From Camelus ferus (lineage: Eukaryota), in NCBI RefSeq assembly GCF_009834535.1, contig NC_045717.1:2914001-2978000 (forward strand): a stretch of 64,000 nucleotides of DNA, read 5' to 3'. Made by a program: the position numbers and the translations under genes. This document shows positions 42,700 to 55,856 of the stretch, in pieces; position 1 is the first letter of the stretch; every line of letters starts with the position of its first letter. The notes under the pieces were generated by a model. That model had not been told where the DNA came from. It did no database searches and saw only the letters and a program-made list of their open reading frames with translations.

Positions 42700-45600
42700 T
42701 CAGAGGGCCGAGTGCACAGAGGAGTCCGAGGGGCCCCCCTTGGGCTGGGGCGCGGATTCAGTCTGTGATGGGGCCTCCTGGGAGTTGGGTCCTTGGGCAG
42801 GCAGTTGCAGAAATTCTGGAAGCACCAGGTCCTCTTTGCGCAGAAGGCCCCTCTGGTCGTGGGCTCCACTGCTCTGCACCCGGTTCAGCAGCTCCACCAG
42901 CCCTGGGGGTGGCCGCAGAGTCAAGGGGCCAATGGGTGCGGACCCACCTATGCTAGCCCCCCATAGTCCCGTTCTCCTTACTGTGGCCACAGCCTCCCTG
43001 ACGCCCCCACCAACAACCCCTCCTACCCCCTATCCAGCCTTTCTGATGCCCCCAACCCCAATGGACCCTGTTCCAGCCCCAGTGACATCCAAGCCTCTGC
43101 CTCAGCTCAAGCTTCTCCGATGCCACCCACCCTCGCTGGTCCCCTACCCCTCTGGTTCCTAGTTCCCATCATCCCCAATGTACCTTCAATGTCACAAGTC
43201 TGCCGCTTCCCAGTGATACTACTAGGCGCCTGGGCCAGCGAGTTCAGGGGCAGTGAAGGGTGGTCGGCGGCCTTGTCCTGGATTCTAGGCTGGCCACCCT
43301 GCGAGAACATAGAGTCAGAGCCACAACGGGGAGGGGAGACACAGTGGGCAGAAGAGGGCGCCCCGCCTCTGGCTCACCTGGCTGCGGCAAGGGGGTGTGT
43401 CGCCAGCTTCGGGAATCTTCACACCTGCGGCAGAGAGCGCCACCGTTCTTGATTGCCTCCCCCTGAACCCCGCTTCCTCTGGGGTCAGGGCAGACCTGGG
43501 GGACCAAGCCCCGGGGCCAACGTCCCCTACCTGGGAGAGTGTCCAAAACCAGTCTCTGGGCGGCCACCGAGCTCACTAGCTTCCCCAGATCCAGCGGCTG
43601 CTTCTCTCCTGGCTGCGGGGACAGGTCAGCAGGCCGTGGGACAGGCAGCCCCCCCACCCCGGCCGCCCCACCCCGCCCCGCCCCGCCCCGCCCCTGCCCC
43701 GCGGCCCCGCATCTCACCCGGTGCAGCGCCACTTGTTGTGGGCTCAGGCCGTGCTTCGCCAGGATGGGCTGCAGGGCCTCCTGCAGCTGCTTGGTGGGCT
43801 TGGCGGAGATCCGCACCACGCGCTCCAGCGCCGCCAGCTCGAGCCTGTACGGGACCCTAACGCTGCACAAGGGCTGAGCGCCGGCCCCTCGGCTCCCCAA
43901 CCCACCTGGGACAGGCCCAAGAGGGGGTGGAGCCTGAACAGGGGAGGTGGGGCGGCTTGGGGGCGGGGTCTTAGCCCAGGGGGCGGGGTTAGCAGAGCGG
44001 CAGGACAGGGAGGGAGAACAGCCGCCTGAACTGGGCCCCAAGCGAGTGCTGAGACCCCGGACCCAAAGCTGGGAGGACAGACACTCACTCGAAGGTGATT
44101 CTGTTCTCCAGCCGCACTTCCTGGTCCGCCAGCACGGTGCAGTCCTGATCCAGGACCAGGGCCTTCTGCAGACAACCAGGCAGGGTCTCAGAATCCCTTC
44201 TCTCCTCCCCACTTCCCCCATCCCCAGGGTCTGAGGGAACCACCATCACTTCTTGCCATGGCTGCCGCTGAGACTCCCTAAGGGTCAGAGGGAAGGGCTA
44301 ATGGACCGGTGAGCCATAGAGATGAGGATGGAGTAAGAGATCAGGTTGGATGGAAGCCTGGTATGGCCAAGGCCAGGGAGAAGGGTGGCAAGAATGCTGG
44401 ACCGACATGGAAAAGGAACAGAGAGTTATGGGAAACATGGGGGTGAAGTGGGCATGAAATGGTAATGGGGCTGCTTGGGTAAGGGGCAGGCTTAAGTCCT
44501 GAATCATGGGGCCACCTCTTCCTGAGCCAGGTCAGGATCTGCCTCTTGAACAGCAGCTCCTTGTCCCTCAGGCATGTGAAACCCAACCAGACTAGCTGGA
44601 TGAATTTCCTGCCTCATCACCCACCTTTGGTCAGCCACCCAGGGCTTGCCCCTTTTTTTGACACTTGTCCACTTATCTCCATCCCCACCTATAAAGGAAC
44701 TTCTTGTCTCCTCACTGCAAGAAGGGCTCTCTTCCCTCCTAGAGAGCTGTGAGGCCAGAAGGGTGTAAAGTATCTAGCACAGTGCCTGGCACACAGTAGT
44801 TACACAAACGTAGCTGTAGTGATTACCGCCCTTGAGGCCCTGCTGGGCGCAGCAGCCCAGGGCTGGGAGGCAGCCTCTCCCAGGCAATAGGCCTGGGCTG
44901 TGCTGCAGGGACAGGTGGAGTGTGGGCGGAAGTTAAAATTAGCAGACACAAAAACCCATCTGGGTTGCGGAGGCTGCCTGGGCAGCCCAAGAAAGTGGGC
45001 AGAGCTCCTCCTACTGCTGCCCTCACACTCCCATGCTCCAGACCCCTGTACATGCCCTGCACTTCTTACCCACCTCTGCCTGGGAGGTCCTCCCCCCACA
45101 GATCTGCCAGGTGAACTCCTCCTCATCCCCATCAACTGCTGCCTCTTCCATGAAGCCCTCTGGGACCAACTAGAAATGCCCAGCTTGCCCTAGAAACTCT
45201 CTGGAAGTTCACCTCCTTCTCCCTGATCACATCCTGCCTGGCACACCTCTAGCCTTTGGACCTGGAGGAAAGGCCTCAGCCTGGGTGGCTCTGCCCACCC
45301 ACCTGGTAGGGCCTTAGAACTGTCTACTGGGCAAATGAAGTCCTGAGGGGGTCTCTCTGGGATGCAGTTATGCTTCCTTTAGATTCCCCCTTACTGGATG
45401 GTTTAGTTTAAGAGAGTTTTCTCCTAGACTCCTCTTTAAAGCTATGCTAGTTTGTACTCAAAGTAAAGTTTCTCATAGGTTAGGTGCCGTTGGGCAGCCC
45501 TGGTGGCAGAGGAGGTGAGGGCTCCCCCAAATGGCCATTTCAGGGATGGGCAGTCTGAATCCTGGAAATGATGGGGGGAAACCCCAACTCTAACTGTGGT

Positions 45601-48600
45601 TTTCCCTGAATCTACCTCCTAGAGACCATCACAGAAAGGATGATGGATGAAGCTGGAAAATAGGATGGGGATGGGGCCGGGATAGGATTTTAGTGGGATG
45701 AGAGTGGATATCTGAGTTTGAGTGAGGTGTTGGTGCTGGGTTGCTTCGGAGTTGGGTGGGGGCTGAAGTTAGGAAAGGGGTGAGAATAGGGGATGCGGTT
45801 GGAATTAGGAATGGAATTGGGGTTGGGTCATGGCTGAGCAGACTCAGGAATGGGATTGGGGTCAGGATTAGGATCAGGAAAGGAGTGAGAGTTGGGGATC
45901 AGGCCAAGTTCATACCTGTTCATTGCCCACCAGGTAGACCTTGATGTCAGGCAGAGAGAGGCCTCGTTTCTCACAGATGCCTGCCAGCATGCCGCGGATA
46001 CTGAGGCCAGGTCGGGCCAGGGCCAAGGAGGCTGTGCCATCAGGCAGGTACACGCAGCAGTACTTCCCTGGCCGGCTTTCGCTCTCACCTTCTGAGCTCC
46101 CAAGACTCTTCCGGTGGCTCTGATTCAGAACAGGTGTTGGGGAAGGTGATGTGTACACAAGCAAGGATACACAGACAGGTATGCAGACAGGTAAGCTGAC
46201 TGAGGCACACACACACGCATACACATGCCCAAGAGCACACCTGTAGGCAGGCAAGACATGTCCTCCTACAGGTATACATGTATGCTCACCCAAACTATGG
46301 GCACCCAGAGACAGGTCCACCCACTGACTGCTACATATCTGGACACCCACTCGTGCACACACATCGGCTGAAGAGGATGTGCACCCATGACATGCATGGC
46401 CCAGTGTGGTAAGGACAGGAGAAAGTAAGGAGGCTGAGGGTCTGGCCTTGTGGGTCAAGCTGGGAGATGAAGTGGGGCCAGCGACTGGGAATGATAGCGG
46501 CCACACAAAGGGGCCTGAGTGGTGGCCCCAGCCCACACCTCGTCTCCCCCCAGCAGTTGGCTCACCTCAGATTTGCTGCTAGCAAAGGCAAGGAAGCCGA
46601 GGTCCAGACTGGCCGAGGAGTTGAGGGAGCCCTGGGACTCCCGGCGCAAGGAGTCTGCCGCGCTGCCTCCTAGTTCTAAGGGAGAGGGAGAATGAGAAGA
46701 CAGGCCCCCTTCCTCCACGCCCCTGCTGAGAACTGTCTCCAGCGGGGCGGAAGTAGCTGGAGCCCTCCTGCGGGGGTCTCACGTGGCTAGGGTTCCTGGA
46801 AGCTTCGCTACTGAAGGGGCTTCTCAAACTTCTGGGGTCTCGCGTGGGAACGGAACCACCGGGGGAACGTGGGGGTCACAGTGATCTGCATTTCAATTTT
46901 CATAGACTTACGGGCTGCAGGACCGGTGTTCTCAAACCTTGCCCAAACTCCCGCCCCCACTCATCTCTGCGACCGGCTCCCGTCCTCACCCCTGCGGAAG
47001 GACTTGCGGAGCGGGCGGCCCCCAGGGCCCTCAGCAGGCGGCAGCTGCCCCAACTCCTCCACGCCCAGCGGCAGCGACTTTCCGGGCTTCAGCTTCGGCT
47101 TCTGCAAGATACAGGGAAGGCACTGGCACTGGGACGGGCCCCAGCCCGCAGGCTGACCGTGGGCACAGCCCCGCGGATCTGCACCCGGCCGCCTGCCCCC
47201 CACAGCCCCTGGTCCGCACCTTCCTGGTGGCGTCAGGGCTGCCGAGGCGCGCGGAGCCGGGTTCCCGCAGTGGGCGACCCTCGGCCTCCGCCAGGAGGCA
47301 CTCGCGGTACAGCGGGGATTTGACGAAGCGCGCATAGCTGTCGAACTTCATCAAGTTGAAGATCTGCGGAACCCGCGCCGAGGCGGTGAGCAAGAGAGGG
47401 CGCTCTGCCGGGCGCTCTGCCCGCCGCTCGAGTCCCAGGACCAGCTCCCGGGGCTGGGTTTGGAGGGGTCTCCAACCTAAGGAACAAGTCCCTAGCCCCT
47501 CCCACCCACCCCCTTGCTCCAGTCCCCGCCCTTATTCTTGGCCACGCCCCTAACCCTCCCTTCACCGCCGCCTTTGGTCCATCACCCTCTGACCCGCACC
47601 CCTTCCCGTGAAGTTAGCAGGGTCTCATCATCCAGATTTGCTCTCTTCCTCCTCACCCTACCCACGCCGCCCTGGCCGCTCCGGCCTCGCCCCTGGATCT
47701 GGCCCCGCCTCTGCTCCATCGCTCTCCCCGAGGCCACGCCCCTCACCCCATGCCACGCCCCCTGGGACTGCTCACCTGAAGCTGCTGTTCGCGGAACATG
47801 TCCGGTCGAGGCTCCGCCAGCACCTCCTCGCCGAGCCAGGCTTGCCGGTCGATATTTACTGGGCTCAGCGCCTGGCTGGACAGGAACTCCTGGTAGATGT
47901 TGCGGGCCTCCTGAGCTAACTGGGGTAGGAGGGGCAGGAGAAGGTCAGGGTAATGGCTCAGGCCCTGCTTCCACCTCTCTGCCTCAGCTCACCCTTCTCC
48001 TCACCTGCTGGGTGTCGCTGGCTGGGATCTGCTGGAAGCGCTCGCAGGCCTTCCAGAAAGTCACGTTCTCCTGCACTGAACTCCTTCTTCAGGAACTCCT
48101 GGAGGTGGGGGAAAGGAGGAGGCAGTCAGAGACAGACACCCTGTCAGGGGATGTGGTCAAAGAGATTGATATAGAGGCAGGTCCCAGAGGCCAAGCCAGA
48201 CAGATAGGTCCAGACAGACAGATGGGGTCAGATCCGGAGGCACAGAGAGGAAATAAGAGGCAGAGAGAAGGAAACTTCCCAGCTGGGAAAAGAGCAGGAG
48301 AGTGCCAAAGAAAGGCTGGATGAGGCAGCTGACAGGAGTCAGCCTGAGGCTCTATCCATGCCCTCTCCCCTGCCCCCCTCCCTCCCCCCCCCCATGGTGG
48401 CCACTGCCAGCCGCCCTCCCCATCCCACCCCAGGGCTTACAGTGAAGTAAGCCAGGCCCAGCGGGTCCTGCAGCAGCCGCTCGAAGGACAGGCCCCAACT
48501 GGCCACAGGCTGCTCCTCGGAGGGGAAGGGGCTGCTGGGGCCACTGGGGAGACTGTGGATGCTGAGGGAGCTGCCTCGGCCCTCGCCCTGGCCCTGGGGC

Positions 48601-51600
48601 CCCGCCGTGCTGCTTAGCTCTGCGGGGGGATGGACAAGTGCAGGTGAGCCTTGTGGCCTTCCCCAGCCCCTGGTCCAACCCCATCTGCCGGTACTTTCCC
48701 TGTAAAGACAGCAAGTGGCAGGGGTATCCCCACCCTCTTTCCCTTTACACCCCCTCAGCCCCCACCCCCACCCACAGCCAGGCTTCCTTCACACCCTCTG
48801 TCACTTACCTCCATCCGAGACGGCCAGAACCTACAAGAAACCCAAGGTAGAAAGTCAGAGTAGAACTCAGGGTGGATTCTCAAGAGACAGTTCTAGGCTC
48901 AGTCCCCAGGACTGGAGCTGTGTTCTCTCCTGCGTGGAGGGCCATGCTGGAAGTTCTCAGCCAGGTCACTGCTTGCTTAGGGTTTTGCTCAGGCTGCCCC
49001 TGGCTCCCTTCCATCATGTGCCAACCGATGTGTGCTGGGACTTATGCCAGGGACCCTCCAGTCACCTCCTGGTTGACCCCCAGCACCCACTGGCTTAGCC
49101 TGGGGGTAGAGCATGCTGGGTAGGAGCACCAGCTTTTGAACTTGTCTCTGCCGCTTACTAGCTGTGTGACTCTGGGCAAGTTACTTGTCTCCATCTGTAA
49201 ACAAGGGATGGGGATAATAATAGTAACTTACTTCCTGGGCCTGCTGTGAGGATCAAATCAGTTTAATCTATTTGCAGCATCTAGAACAGGGGCCAGCATG
49301 TGGTAATTGCTGTATCAGTGTTTGCTGTTGTCTTTGAGGAAAGGAGAATGTGCCTCTGTAGCTGAGGATCTCCTGATTGCAACTGTTTCCTCTTGGAAAC
49401 ACCCCACCTTGGGCAGGGCATAGGGTGCTATATTTTAGCAGAGAGCAGCTGTTCTCAAACTTCAGTGTGCTTTAGAATGACGGGGGTGGAGGGCGGCACC
49501 TCCAAAGAGTCAGGTTCAGGGGGTCCAGGATGGAGCCTGAGACCCTCCATTTCTAACAAGCCCCCAGGCAATGCTGATGCTGTTGGTCACGGACCACACT
49601 GTCAATCCCATCCTCCCTGCTCCCCCACCCCAGCCCTTCCAGCCCCACGCACAGCTCCGACTTCTCTGGGAATCCCAACCATTAGTGAAACAGAAAAACC
49701 CTCCTTTCAAAATGACTCTTGCAGTGGTTTCCCTTGGGCTTCCTACCTTCCTAGCAGCTCCTCCAGCTTCCTCACCATCTCCTACACACACGAGGCAGCC
49801 TCCACCCCTCCCTGACTCTGTCCTGGGCCCTTTCTCCCTCCCACATCTCCCCAGCTTCAAACACACGTAGCTGACTTCCTGCTGACATCTCCACCCCAAT
49901 GTCCCACAAGCCCTTCCAGCTCAGCCAGTCCCACATGGAAGCCACCTCTGCCGCCACCAAAGCAAGGCACTGAACCAGCTTCCCTGCCGTCGGTTTTCTT
50001 CCCATCGCCTGGGCTCCCAACACCAGGGCTTGACTCAGCCCCAATTCCTCCCTCCCTCTCACCTCCTACATTTTCACTAGGCCCTTCCACCACCTGTCCC
50101 TTCATCCCATCCCCACTGGAATCAGGTCTGCAACTCTCCTCCCCAGAAAGCCTCTCCCTCCCTCTCTGTTCCCCAGTCCCACCTGGGAGCAGCTGGATCA
50201 CACATCTGTGGGCAAGAGCTGGCCTGCCAATAGGTGGGACATTATTAATATCAGAATGGGTTTTTTTTTTTAAACTTTCAAGGGGTTTCCCACATTTAAA
50301 AGTCAGGAGTTTTACATGAAACCTCAGCTTTCGGCCACAGCTACCCTAAGCTTCTTCCCAGTGGGGCAACCTTGGCTGGCACCGAGCAGCAACTGCTTCC
50401 CCTAGAAGGGACTCATGCTCTCCTCAGAGGTCTCTGGGGCCCGTTTGATGCATTTTTGTTATATATGGAAAGCAGGTCAAAATTGTGCTGTGTGACTTTG
50501 GACAGAATACTTCACCTCTCTGTGCTTCACTTTCTCCCTCTATACAAATGGGGAAAATAGTGGTCCTGACTTTACAGGGTTGCTGTGATTAAATAAGTCA
50601 GATACATGTAGAGAGAGAACTCAGAGCACTAGCTGGCCTGTGATAAATAATCAAGGACCATTCCCATTATTATTGCTGTTGTTGCATTAGCATTGGTGTC
50701 TGACCCTGCTCCGGCTTTCAGCTTTGCCGAGCCCTGCCATAGAGGGAAGAGCATAGGTATCAGGTCTATCAGACCCAGATTCAAATCCTAGCCCTGCCCT
50801 TTTCTGGTTTTACAAACTTGGGCCCCTCCCAGAGCCTCTCCTAGCTGGAGCAGTGGGGATAAGACCTTGCTGTGGAGCAGGGAAAGCTTGTGCAGAGGGT
50901 GGCTGGGCTGATTCCTTCATCCAAGACATTTCCCGAGGCTGCAGAACAAAGTCCTAACTCCTGGGGTGTGTGAGGGGGACAAGTTGAAGCTCAAGGTCCT
51001 TTCCAGCTGCTCTTTGCCTTCCTGGCATCTCCCCTCTTGCCCCCACCTGCCTGCCCCACGTTCTTCTTCCCCACGCTGCTCTGCGGCTGTTCCCAGCCTC
51101 AGAAGTCACCACCCACTGCCCTCTGCCCAGGTCTCTGGGAACCATCCTGACTTACCTCCCCTGCCCTCCTGCCCTCTCCTGCTGCTAGGTGGCTACCTGG
51201 CCCTCCCTCCTCCCACACCGACCGGCCTCTCTCTAGTCCCCCTTTATCTTTGGGACTCAGCCTCTCCCTTGCTCAGAGCTCTCCATGGCCCCCCACTTCC
51301 CCCAGGGGGACGGGGGAGGTGCGCACGGGCAGGCCCAGACCCCAGAGAGGGCAGAGGGCCCTGGGCTGGCTTTTACTCCTCTTTGGTTTTATTGTTTCCA
51401 TCATGTTGAATGCATTGTGTCTTTAGGTGGGACCGGCTCCCAGGCCCTCTGCAGGCCCCACTCCCGGCTCTGGGAGGCAGAGCAGTTGCTGGGTTACAGC
51501 GGCTCTGCCTGGGCCTGACTAATGAACCCTTTCAAGCCTCCCCTATTGCCCTCCCCCTCACCTCCATCCTACCCTCCAGCAAGCTTCTATTTCCCCCCAC

Positions 51601-54600
51601 CCCTTAACACTCTTGCTTCCTGCTTTGCTGTTTCCTTGGCCTGGGATCTGCTCCTGCTCCCTGCACCCTGCCACTCTCCAATCCCTGCCCACTGACATCA
51701 GTCATCCCCAGACACCAGCCGCCCCGAATCCCCCTGCCCACCACACTTCTGCCCACCCATATCTGGGCCTCTATCCTGCCAGCATGGCAGCTCCTGGTGG
51801 GCAGGCCTGTACTGGGGGAGGGAACCAGCCCTAACTCCCTCGTCACCCTGCACCTCTTTGCCCAAGTGCTCCCAAGCAGCCGTGAGGGCCAGGCAGCCCT
51901 CCTCTGCCCTGGCAGGAGGCACTGGCACTCCTTTCGCCAGGGATGCTCTGCCTCTGAACACCCATCTCTGTGGCCCGCCATTCTTCCCAGGCCCCTCTTG
52001 TCTCACTAGCTGTTAACCTATAGAGCTGGGGCTAAGACAGGATGGAGATCCAGAGGCGGGACAGAGCAGTGATGGGGCCCAATTCCAGATCCATTACTCC
52101 AGGACAAGTAACTTCCCTTCTCTGGGCCTCAGTTTCCCCCAGGGTAGCATGGGACTCAGCACTCCCAACCTCCAGGGGCTGCTGGGAAGGATGAGCGAGG
52201 CCCCAATTGTGAAGGCGGAGAGTGGGCTCCGATCTGCCAGGCTCCCGAGTCTGGGGAAGTAGTGCTGAGTGGTGCTGGCCTTGCCCCATCTCAGCCTGGC
52301 CTGCCCGAGGAGAAGTGGTGAGTGGATGGGAGAAAAGGGGAAGAAAGGATGAGGAAGGGTGTGGTGTCAGTGGCACCCCCGACCCATCGTCCTGCCTCAG
52401 TTTGCCAGACTTTTTTCTTTGAAAATGGGTCCTGGGGGAACTGCAGGTATTTGAGAATACTAAGGTGAGGGAGGCCTGACATTTCCTGAGCTCCAATTGT
52501 GTGACAGGTGCTCTCTGACAGTGACAGCATGCATCTGTGTTCTCCCAACATCCTCACATCCTCATCCTGTGTGGCAGGTATTGTTACTTCCGTTTTATAG
52601 ATAGGGAAGCCTCGGCCCGGAGAAATCACACAGCTGAGATGCGGCTGAGCTGAAATTAGGCCTGAAGTGTGCCTGACTCGAGCCTGAGGTCTCCCTTCCA
52701 CTGAGCTGCCTCCCTGGGTGAACAGGAGACGTACCAGGGAGTGGGGAGGCCCAGGGCCTCAGCCCTTGGGGCAGAGATGGGTAAGGTGGGTTGAGGGTGG
52801 AGGGCCCAGGGGCTCCTGGATGAACTCTGCCCTCTGGAGGGATCAGACCTTGAGGAAGGGCTGATTTACTGAGAGCATCTTCTGGGCTGAGCCCTCTATA
52901 CCATCATCTCATTTCCTCCTAGATTGGGGAGACTGAGGCCCTGAGTTCTCTCCAGGTAAACCCACAGAGAGTCCTGGCTGCCTGGCCCTTCAGCCTGAGT
53001 CATCTCTGTGTAGCTGACTCCCGACTCCGAGCTGGACTCCAGGTACAGTGGGCTCTACCTTGCAGGCGTCCCCAGGTAGGAAGACTAGCTGGACCTCAGG
53101 GAGAGCGATGGTAACCGCCCCTTTCTAGGATTTAGGATCGCCAGCCCTTGGGCCGTGTCCCTGTACACACACTGTTTCCCCATATGCAGGCCTCTCCCCA
53201 TGCCATTCCCTCCTCCAGCTGGTACATCCTTTCAGGACATCTCCCGTGCCAACAATGCTCAAAGTGAGTGGAAAGGTTTGTCCTCCCTCCCAGATCCTCC
53301 TCAAGCTTTCTCTGTCCCTGAGCTGCTGCTCTTACCCAAACCGGAGTTTTATGCCGGTATTCGCACCCGTGCATTTTGTGCCTTGCCAGACTGGGAGCTA
53401 GAGCGATGGGCCTGGGTCTTGATGCCTGGGAGGGGGCCAGCACTGAGCAGGTTCTAAGGGGGGGTTGTTGAATGACTGAGTGAGCGAACAAATGAAGTAA
53501 GTGGCTGTTGGGACTGTGCGAAGGCATCTCTGGAGGGGGGCTGGAGCCATCTCTAAGTGACAGGTTTCATCGCAACTGTCTGACAAGCTGAGTGGCAGAA
53601 AGACGAGGCTGACAAATGAAGCTGCCTCAGCAGGGAACGAAGGTGGTGGCGGGTGGGGGTGGCGGCAGGGGGAGGTGGAGGAGGACAGAGCCAGGCAGTT
53701 CTGGGAGGTGGAGAAGCCCAGGCACAGAGTCAGGTTCAAACGTGGGTCCCTCTCCTTACCAGCTGCCCTTGGCATGTCATGACTCCTTTGAGCCTCCCTT
53801 GGGAGGTAACTCGTGGAAGGAAGCCTACACCTGGCCCACGTCTATGCACATCCCTCTCTGTCCTTCCCCCTCCCCATTCAGCTGAGTGTGGCCTCAGAAA
53901 GCTGCACAATGGCCATCAAGTGGCCTATCTGTGACCCTTGGAATTCCAAGGGCTGGCAGAGTTCAGAACGGGCCCAGGCAGGTTGCTGAGAGGAGCCAGA
54001 GTGTCGGTGGGCTTGCAGGGACTCGGGGCAGAGACCAGGCCCCCTCCCTGCTCTGAATGAGTTTTGAGCAGAGAAGCCACAGGTTGACATGGGAAGGGCA
54101 GGGGCTGGATCTGTCCCCTCAGCTGTCCTGCAGTTTTGGGCACTGCTGAGAAGCATCAACCCAGCTGCCCGCTTGGGGTGGACGTGAGAGTGGGCGTGCT
54201 CCTCCTCTGCCTGGATGCCCAGGGAGGGGTGAGCCAAGTGTCATGCCTCCAGGGCGGGAATGGGAGGCCCATGGGTGTTTGCACTTTCAGAGTTAGGTTG
54301 ATGGCAGAGATAGTGAGGAGGGGGACTGGGCCCGCTGGGAGGGGTTTGCCTGTCTCCCACCCAGCTGGCCTGGGGCTGGGCACTAAAAAGAAGCTGGAGG
54401 AAGAGGTGTGGGGACAGGCCTTGGGGCTTGGGAGGAGGAGTGGGGTTGGGGGTGGCTCAGCTTCTGGGTGAAGCAGAGGATGCTTGAAGAGGGGCTGAGA
54501 ATGAAGGGGAGGTATTGGGCTGACATTCATGGAGCCCCCACAATGGGTCAGGGGCCTCATATTCATCATTCCACTTAATCATCACAACAAGCCTTTGAAA

Positions 54601-55586
54601 TACATTCCAATCTCCTCATTTTATAGATGAAGAAACTGAAGGTCAGAGAGGACCCTCTTATAAGGGACAACAGAGCTGAGGTTGGAACCCAGGTCTCTCT
54701 AGACCCATTGGCTTGGTCCTAAAGCACTAGGCTGGGGCTGGGTCAGAGACTAGAACACTGTCCAGCCTTCCTGGGGTCTTTAGGAGGGGCTGGTGTCCTA
54801 GGGAGAGAAGAAAAGCCTGGCGCAGCCGCTCTCATCTGCTGGATGAATAAAGACCCTGGACTGTCCAAGGGCAGCTCTAACCCGGACACCAAGCAGCCAG
54901 AGAGCGGGTTTAGGGGGTGGGGCAGCTGCTGCTAGGGGCACCCTAGTGCCCAGCTCCCCCAACTCTTCCTAGTAGCCCGGGAATAGAACAGGCAGAAGCT
55001 ATACCAACCTGGTCTGTCCCTGCTGACCCATCCCACGCTGCCTAAGGACAGCGAGTTCTGCCAGGAAGCCTCAGGGTGGGAGTGCAGGTCCAAGAGGAGG
55101 GCGGTGACCCAGTAAGGGCTGCCCCTTACCTGGCCTTGGGCATCAGGTCATTGGGCGAAGAGGGGAGGGCCGATCTCTGGCCCCCATAGCAGTTTCCGGG
55201 GGGACAAAGGGCGTGCCAGATGTCCCTGCTACCCTAGGAGGCTGGCACCCCCAGACGGTGCCAAAGTAGCAGGTAGGAGACGAGTGGGGCCTGGGCCAGA
55301 AGCCTGTGCCTGCTCTCCTCTGGTCTCACCCTCAGAGTGGCCCCAGGTCCCCAGCAGAGCCATCTGGAAGGTCCTGGGGTAAGGGCACCAGGTCCCACCA
55401 CCTGCTGCTGTCTGTCCCCAGCTTCTCCCGCCCGCTGGCAGCATGCAGGCTCTTGCCCAGCCCTGCCGGGTGTGCCTCTTGGGCTCCACCCTGGGTGTGC
55501 CCACCCCCTCCCCATGGGCCTGGCCTGGAGCCCGCACTCACCATGCGTCCGTTGGGGACGCCCAGGTGCTTGGGCTTCCCTGGCAT
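42700..55586 (-). CDS. RGS14: Regulator of G-protein signaling 14 (RGS domain, tandem Ras-binding domains, GoLoco); one apparent +1 frameshift as assembled
   Basis: Exons (minus strand): 55586-55542 ([15 protein letters not shown]), 48830-48809, 48619-48441, 48098-48005 (94 nt, expected 93), 47919-47776, 47363-47220, 47101-46990, 46675-46566, 46119-45916, 44165-44089, 43844-43718, 43612-43531, 43424-43378, 43298-43184, 42902-42700. RGS motif [16 protein letters not shown]; GoLoco [24 protein letters not shown]. Confidence 0.97.
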
Positions 55587-55690
55587 GCCGCTGCTGTTCA
55601 CGGGTCCCCGCTGCGGGGGGTGCCCACCATGGGGACTGTGGGCAGCGCCGCCGGCCAGAGCTTGCAGAGCGACAGGCAGGCGGCGGAGAG

Positions 55691-55856
55691 NNNNNNNNNN
55701 NNNNNNNNNNNNNNNNNNNNNNNNNNNNNNNNNNNNNNNNNNNNNNNNNNNNNNNNNNNNNNNNNNNNNNNNNNNNNNNNNNNNNNNNNNNNNNNNNNNN
55801 NNNNNNNNNNNNNNNNNNNNNNNNNNNNNNNNNNNNNNNNNNNNNNNNNNNNNNNN
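55691..55856. other. Assembly gap (N run) over the RGS14 core promoter/5'UTR
   Basis: 166 N flanked by GC-rich sequence. Confidence 1.
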
